The notes below the pieces were generated by a model. The model had not been told where the DNA came from. It saw only the letters and a program-made list of their open reading frames with translations, and made no database searches. From an uncultured Gammaproteobacteria bacterium (GTDB lineage Bacteria > Pseudomonadota > Gammaproteobacteria > Xanthomonadales > Rhodanobacteraceae), in contig CAWAMF010000008.1 of the NCBI GenBank assembly GCA_963783075.1, positions 72,543-136,542 on the forward strand: 64,000 nucleotides of DNA, read 5' to 3'. The position numbers were made by a program, and so were the translations under genes. How positions within the stretch are numbered: position 1 is the first letter of the stretch; every line of letters starts with the position of its first letter. This document shows, in pieces, positions 58,917 through 64,000 of the stretch.

Positions 58917-58979
58917 CTCGCGCACAAGGTGCGCCCCTGCAGGGCATGGCAATGTGTAGGAGCGCATCCTGTGCGCGAT
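58917..58979. repeat. REP family A units, divergent arrangement
   Basis: ctcgcgcacaaggtgcgcccctgca (58917-58941) and tgtaggagcgcatcctgtgcgcgat (58955-58979) lie between queE and queC. Confidence 0.6.
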
Positions 58980-58989
58980 CCAACCCGCC

Positions 58990-59684
58990 TCAGTGCCCCG
59001 CCGCGTCGTTCCACAGCAGCTTGTGCAACTGCAACTGAAAGCGCACGTCGAGCTTGTCCTCGATGATCCACTCCGCCAGCTCACGCGGCTCGATCGCACC
59101 GTGCACGGGCGAGAACAACACCATGCAGCGTTCGCCGATGCGATGTTCGGCCACCACCGCACGCGCCCATTCGTAGTCCGCGCGGCTGGCGATGACGACC
59201 TTCACCTGGTCGTGCGGCAGCAGGTGTTCCAGGTTCGACCACAGGTTTCGCTTGCTCTCGCCGGAATCGGGCGCCTTGAGGTCCATCACCTTGCGCACGC
59301 GCGGGTCGACCACGCGACACGTCGAGCGCACCGGAGGTTTCCAGCGACACCTCATGCCCGGCATCACACAAGCGCTTGAGCAGGATCAGGCAGCGCTTTT
59401 GCGCCAACGGCTCGCCGCCCGTCACGCAGACATGCTTGGCGCCATGCGAGGCCACCTCGGCCACGATGTCGTCCATGGCGCGCCAATCGCCGCCATAGAA
59501 GGAATATTCGGTATCGCACCACACGCAACGCAGCGGGCATCCAGTCAGCCGGACGAATACGGTACGCCAGCCGATCGGCATCGGCCTCGCCCTGGATCGA
59601 ATGGAATATCTCGGTAATGCGCAAGCGTTCGGTCGCGACTGGCGCAGACGTGGTGGGCGCCACGCTCGGGTTACTACCGCTCAC
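58990..59684 (-). pseudogene. queE: 7-carboxy-7-deazaguanine synthase QueE (radical SAM), two +1 frameshifts near 59578 and 59310
   Basis: Three consecutive frames carry RLRITEIFHSIQGEA | GWRTVFVRLTGCPLRCVWCDTEYS...GHEVSLETSGALDVS | VDPRVRKVMDLKAPDSGES...FQLQLHKLLW. The length is 3n+2. The apparent start is GTG 59684. Confidence 0.85.
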
Positions 59685-59694
59685 AACAACTACC

Positions 59695-60565
59695 TCAGTT
59701 GGCCGTCTGCAGCTGCAGGCGACGCAAACGCTCCTGGGCCAGGCTGGCGGCCTTGGAACCCGGGTACTTGGTGGATACCGCTTTCAACGTCGCCTTGCCG
59801 GCATCGACCTGCTTGAGCTCGATCTGGCTGTAACCCGCCTTGAGCATGGCATCGGGTGCCTTCTCGCTCTGCGGGAACTGGCTGAGCAGCGTCTGGAAGG
59901 CCTCCAGCGCCACCGGGTAGTTCATGGTCGCGTAGTACGACTCACCCAGCCAGTAATAGGCGTTGGGCAACAGCGGGCTATCGGGATACTGCTGGATGAA
60001 AGCACGGAAACCGCGCGATGCCTGCGCATAGTCACCGCCGCGCAACGACTTGAAGGCCTCGTCGTAAGCGGCCTGCGCGGTGGCGGCGTTGGCCGGGGCT
60101 GCGCCCTTGGCCGCCGCAGCCCCTGCGGCTGTCTTGGCGCCCTTGCCCGCATCCACGGCCGGCGCCGGTGCTGCGCTGGCGGCCGGTGGGGGATTGGTGG
60201 TGTTGGCCGCATTACCGGCGCGCCTGCCGCTGCACCGGCACCGCCTTCGAGGCGGCCCAGGCGCGAATCGAGATCCACGTACTGCGCCTTGTTCTTGTCG
60301 TTCGCTTCCTGCAGCTGGTGCTGGAGTTCTTCGATCTGGCCCTGCATCTGCTGAAGCTGGGACTGCAGCGCCTGCACCTGGTTGACCAGGGTCGTGCCGC
60401 CTTGGTTCTGTGTTTTGCGCCTGCTGCTCGAGCCGCGTGACGCGGTCGGCCAGGCTCAACCGGGAATCCTGCGCGAATGCCGGGACAGCCAAAAAGCATG
60501 GCGGACGCAAATGCGCCCGCCATGCCCATCCTGGCTGTGAAGCTGTTAGCCAGTTGCTTCTTCAT
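59695..60565 (-). pseudogene. cpoB: Cell division coordinator CpoB (YbgF), three frameshifts
   Basis: The pieces are a signal peptide frame (MKKQLANSFTARMGMAGAFASAML), a coiled-coil in two frames (AVPAFAQDSRLSLADRVTRLEQQAQ | TTLVNQVQALQSQLQQMQGQIEELQHQLQEANDKNKAQYVDLDSRLGRLEGG), then an Ala/Pro linker and the TPR C-terminus (YDEAFKSLRGGDYAQA...YWLGESYY...). The shifts are near 60491-60495 (A5 run), 60405-60417 and 60222-60235. Confidence 0.8.
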
Positions 60566-61071
60566 TACTTCGCCGTGTAGACGATCTCGACGCGACGGTT
60601 CTTGCTCCAGCAGTCTTCGTTGTGCTCACGGCACACCGGCTTTTCCTTGCCGTACGAGATCACGTTGATCTGGCTGGCCGAGCCGCCGTTCGACTGCAGG
60701 GCGCTGGACACGGCATTGCCACGACGCTCACCCAGGCCGAGGTTGTACTCGCGCGTGCCGCGCTCGTCGGTGTTGCCTTCCAGGCGGATCTGCGCCATCG
60801 GGCGATCCTGCAGGTACTTGGCGTGGCACGCCATGATCTGCTGGAACTCAGGCTTGATCTCGTCCTTGTCGAAATCGAAGTACACGACGCGCTGACGCAG
60901 GCAGGCATCGGTATCGAGATCGGCCGGGGTGTACTTGTGCTCGGTCTGAACCGGGGCGGTCATCGGAGCCTGCTCCGGAGCCGGCTGCGGCTTGACTTCC
61001 TGCTTCTTCGAGCATGCGGCCGCGCCAACGCAGAGCAGGGCGACCAGAGCGACGCGAACGGTCTTATTCAT
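60565..61071 (-). CDS. pal: Peptidoglycan-associated lipoprotein Pal
   Basis: The preferred start is ATG 61071. The lipobox is LLCVGAAAC. The OmpA-like domain is VYFDFDKDEIKPEF...LEGNTDERGTREYNLGLGERRGNAV...NRRVEIVY. Confidence 0.9.
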   Translation of the reverse strand: MNKTVRVALVALLCVGAAACSKKQEVKPQPAPEQAPMTAPVQTEHKYTPADLDTDACLRQRVVYFDFDKDEIKPEFQQIMACHAKYLQDRPMAQIRLEGNTDERGTREYNLGLGERRGNAVSSALQSNGGSASQINVISYGKEKPVCREHNEDCWSKNRRVEIVYTAK

Positions 61072-61320
61072 GGTGGACGTTCCTTCAAACGGGTTTGAGT
61101 TCCGACAGTCAGTAATGATTGCGGTTTCGGGACAGTGATCGCCGGTGAACCGGCTGTTATTTTGACATTTTGCTGCCGGCAGTGCGCTGTCTCGCAACCG
61201 CCTGACCTATCGTCCGCGACTGATTGCCGCAGGCGACAAGCTGTTTGATCCGGAGTGTCGTTTAAGGCTTCACGTCCGGATCACATGGCCGCGACGCTTG
61301 CACGTCACGACATGAACTGG

Positions 61321-62647
61321 TCAACGCTGCCGATAGGGACCCCATGCCGGTTCGCGGACGTCGCCGTCAGCAAGCACGAGTCGCTGCCTGACCAGACCAT
61401 CGGCGGACACGGCGTACAAGACACCGCGGCTTCCTTCGGAGGCGGCATACAACAGCATGCTGGCGTTGGGCGCGAAACTTGGAGTTTCATCGATCGGACC
61501 CGGCGAGATGAAGCGCACCTGCCCACCCAGACTGCGATCCATAATGGCAATACGATACACGTTCCCGTTGCCCTGCACCATCGCGATCTGCTTGCCGTCG
61601 TAGCTGATCGAAGCGTTAGCGTTGAACTGACCCTGGAAGGTGATGCGATCGGCTCCGCCACCGCCTGCCGGCATCTGGTAGAGCTGCGGACGGCCGGAGC
61701 GGTCGGACGGTGAAGATGATGCTCTGACCATCGGGCGTCCAACGCGGCTCGGTGTCGATCGCCAGGTTGTTGGTCAGGCGGGTCTCCGAGCGCGAGCCCA
61801 GATCCATGACGTAGATCTCCGGGTTGCCCTGATAGGACAAGGCCAGTGCCAGCTTGGAGCCATCCGGCGACCAGTTCGGCGCACCGTTGATACCCTTCGC
61901 ACGGGCAGAGACCAGCTGGCGCGAGCCCGTGGTGATGTCCTGCACATAGATGGCCGAGTTACCGCTTTCAAACGATACGTAGGCGATCTTGCGGCCATCC
62001 GGCGACCATGCCGGCGACAACAGCGACTCGCGCGAGCGGGCCACCACCTGCGGGTTGTAGCCGTCCGAATCGGCCACGATCAACGAGTAGGTGGTGTTGT
62101 TACCCAGGCCTACTGCTGTGATGTAGGCGATGCGGGTCCAGAACGCGCCTCGCACGCCGGTGACCTTCTCGTAGATGGCGTCGGCGATCTGGTGAGCCAC
62201 GCCGCGCAGGTCGCCGGCGGGCGCGGTGAACGCCTGGGCCAGCAGGCTCTGCTGCTTGTTGACGTCCCACAGTTCGAATTCGACACGCAGCATGCCGCCA
62301 CCGGCGTCACTGATGCGACCCACGGTGATGTAGTCCTGCTTGAGCAGGCGCCAGGTGGCGAAATTGATGTCCGAGCCCTTGGATGGGGTCTCGACAATTT
62401 CGCTCTTGGCCAGCGAGCGGAACTTGCCGCTGCGGTTGAAATCGTTGCGAATGACGTCGGCCACATCGGTGGGCAGCGGCGCCCCACCGGCCTGGGCAAA
62501 CGGCACCACAGCGATTGGAGTGGCCGTTTTCAGGCCACCGACAATGTCGACGTTAAGCGACTGGGCTGCGGCCGGGCCCGCGATCAACGCGGCCACGACG
62601 AGCAGGACGAGGGCGAGGCTTGTGCTCAATTTGCGCATGGGCTTCAT
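61321..62647 (-). pseudogene. tolB: Tol-Pal system beta-propeller protein TolB, one +1 frameshift near 61708
   Basis: The N-terminal frame (MKPMRKLSTSLALVLLVVA...WSPDGSKLALALSYQGNPEIYVMDL...[11 protein letters not shown]) continues in another frame ([17 protein letters not shown]...AWGPY). The length to GTG 62650 is 3n+1. The ATG at 62647 overlaps the tolA stop. Confidence 0.9.
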
Positions 62648-63594
62648 CACTGCGGCCTGAAAGTGAAATCGATATTGCGTTGGAACACGCTCTCGAAGCC
62701 CTTATAGGGCAACGGCTGCGCGCGCAGTACGGCGTTTTCGATGGAGCGTTTGCCGGCGTCGTCGTACGGACAACTGGAGTCCACCTTGGCGCTCATCACG
62801 TCGCCGCCTGGCAACTGCACGATGTGCACAATGCACGGCGTGTTCGGCATGTTATCCGGGCGAAGCCAATTCTGCGTGACCGAGTTCTGAATCGCCGCCA
62901 AATACTGGGCCAGCAGGCCGGCGTCCGGGCCATTGTTGCCGGTCTGCCGCTGGGCGGCCTCGGGCACGTTGGCCAGCCCGTTGTCCTGGGCGTTCTTCAG
63001 ATCTTCCATCTGCTGCTTGGCCTGTTTGGCCTTGCTGTCCATTTTCTTGGTCTGCTGGTCGGCGGCGTCCATCTTGGCGAACAGCTCGTCGATCTGCTTC
63101 TGTTTTTCCTGCTTTTGCTTGGCCGCCTGGGCGTCCAGTTCGGCGGCGCGCTGGCGCTGCTTCTCTTCCTGCTCCTTCTTGGCGTCCTCGGCCTTCTGTT
63201 CGGCCTCAGCCACCACTTTCTCCTGATCCTTGATGTCAGGGTGCTCAGGCGGGGGCGGCAGGGTCTTGACCTGGGGCGCCTGTTCCTGGGGGATCGGCGG
63301 CGGCACGCTGGGCGGTGGCGGCACGGTATCGGGCACCGGCTTGGCCTTGGTCGACTTCGGCGGCGGGGCGCCGGTAGGACCGACCAGGGTTGCCTCGATG
63401 ACCTCGCCGGCCAGCTGGATCGGCTTGGCGCAGGTGATCGGATTCCAGCTGGCGGGCAGGTGCAGGGTGGCGAACAGGCTCTCGTAGAACGAGCACGGCA
63501 CTACCGCGAGGGTCAGGAAACCCACGATGCCCAGATGCAGGATGGCGGAGAGGACGACCGCCTTGGAGGTACCGCGAGTGTTACGGTCGTCCAT
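62647..63594 (-). CDS. tolA: Tol-Pal system protein TolA
   Basis: It has an N-terminal TM (AVVLSAILHLGIVGFLTLAV), a Pro-rich segment, then a Lys/Glu/Ala/Gln-rich helical domain and a C-terminal globular domain (...YLAAIQNSVTQNW...). Confidence 0.85.
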   Translation of the reverse strand: MDDRNTRGTSKAVVLSAILHLGIVGFLTLAVVPCSFYESLFATLHLPASWNPITCAKPIQLAGEVIEATLVGPTGAPPPKSTKAKPVPDTVPPPPSVPPPIPQEQAPQVKTLPPPPEHPDIKDQEKVVAEAEQKAEDAKKEQEEKQRQRAAELDAQAAKQKQEKQKQIDELFAKMDAADQQTKKMDSKAKQAKQQMEDLKNAQDNGLANVPEAAQRQTGNNGPDAGLLAQYLAAIQNSVTQNWLRPDNMPNTPCIVHIVQLPGGDVMSAKVDSSCPYDDAGKRSIENAVLRAQPLPYKGFESVFQRNIDFTFRPQ

Positions 63595-64000
63595 TCTTCG
63601 AGTCCGACACCGGCGCGCTCATCAGGCCAACCTTGGACACACCGGCCTGCTGCAAATCAGCCAGCACCTGATAGACACCGTCGTATTTGCCGTCGCGATC
63701 ACCCGCCACCAGCACGCTGACCTCGGGGTTGGCTTTCACGAATGCGCCGACCTTGGCCTTCATGGTGTCAACGTCGATCGGCTGCCGCTTCTCGGTACCC
63801 AGCGTGAGGTAAAGCTGCCCGTTCTGGTCGACCGCGATGATGACCGGATCTTTCTTGTCCTGCATCGACTTGGCGTTGGCCTGCGGCAGGTTGATGTCGA
63901 CGTTCTTGTTGATCATCGGCGCGGTGACCATGAAGATGATCAACAGCACCAGCATCACGTCGATATAGGGGACGACGTTGATCTCGGATTTGAGCTTTAA
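63581..64000 (-). CDS. tolR: Tol-Pal system protein TolR (ExbD family), N-terminus beyond the right edge
   Basis: ...SEINVVPYIDVMLVLLIIFMVTAPM...VLVAGDRDGKYDGVYQVLADLQQAGVSKVGL... The frame is open to the window end, and the stop overlaps the tolA start by 14 nt. Confidence 0.85.
   Translation of the reverse strand, partial: LKLKSEINVVPYIDVMLVLLIIFMVTAPMINKNVDINLPQANAKSMQDKKDPVIIAVDQNGQLYLTLGTEKRQPIDVDTMKAKVGAFVKANPEVSVLVAGDRDGKYDGVYQVLADLQQAGVSKVGLMSAPVSDSKNGRP

Noticed and set aside
61072-61320. The tolB-pal spacer is unusually long (~250 nt), with an AT-richer core and a plus-strand TTGACA hexamer. I considered a possible small RNA or internal promoter.
   Set aside because: I could define no convincing -10 partner, terminator or conserved structure by eye. 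The region also lies within the stretch suspected of poor sequence quality.

Overview
This is a high-GC (about two-thirds G+C by eye) gammaproteobacterial chromosomal segment. The gene order (nrdR-ribD ... ribE-ribBA-ribH-nusB-thiL-pgpA; tolR-tolA-tolB-pal-cpoB-queE-queC-tRNA-Lys) and the intergenic repeat families look Xanthomonadales/Rhodanobacteraceae-like, but that assignment is inference only. I call about 60 protein genes, one tRNA, one FMN riboswitch, one Fur-box promoter, one truncated IS30 transposase and four families of intergenic palindromic repeats. From left to right the window holds: a MacAB-like exporter (adaptor, ATPase, three FtsX permeases); Fur-controlled hemP plus a half-size HemS-like gene; a subclass B3 metallo-beta-lactamase; a ~0.9 kb nested-palindrome repeat block; an aldo-keto reductase, a Zn-ADH and a cupin; a DUF1045 2H-phosphoesterase; an Ivy-like periplasmic protein; an acyltransferase-3; a long co-directional riboflavin-nusB-thiamine gene string with an internal FMN riboswitch and several inserted genes; glyA; a hydrolase-TetR pair; ettA; pyrF; mprF-acvB; an OPT transporter; an orphan def; cstA-ybdD; the IS30 remnant; glnS; a two-component cluster; tRNA-Lys; queC-queE; and the Tol-Pal cluster. 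I saw no rRNA, CRISPR array, intact mobile element, prophage or recognisable anti-phage defence system. The most novel candidate is an orphan DotU(TssL)-IcmF(TssM N-domain) fusion protein with degenerate nucleotide-binding motifs, sitting in a two-component / periplasmic-binding-protein cluster with no other type VI secretion genes. The main caveat is at least eight single-base frameshifts (ettA, queC, queE x2, cpoB x3, tolB). Seven of them fall within 3.2 kb, which looks more like sequence error than biology. All family assignments come from motif recognition by eye; no searches were run.
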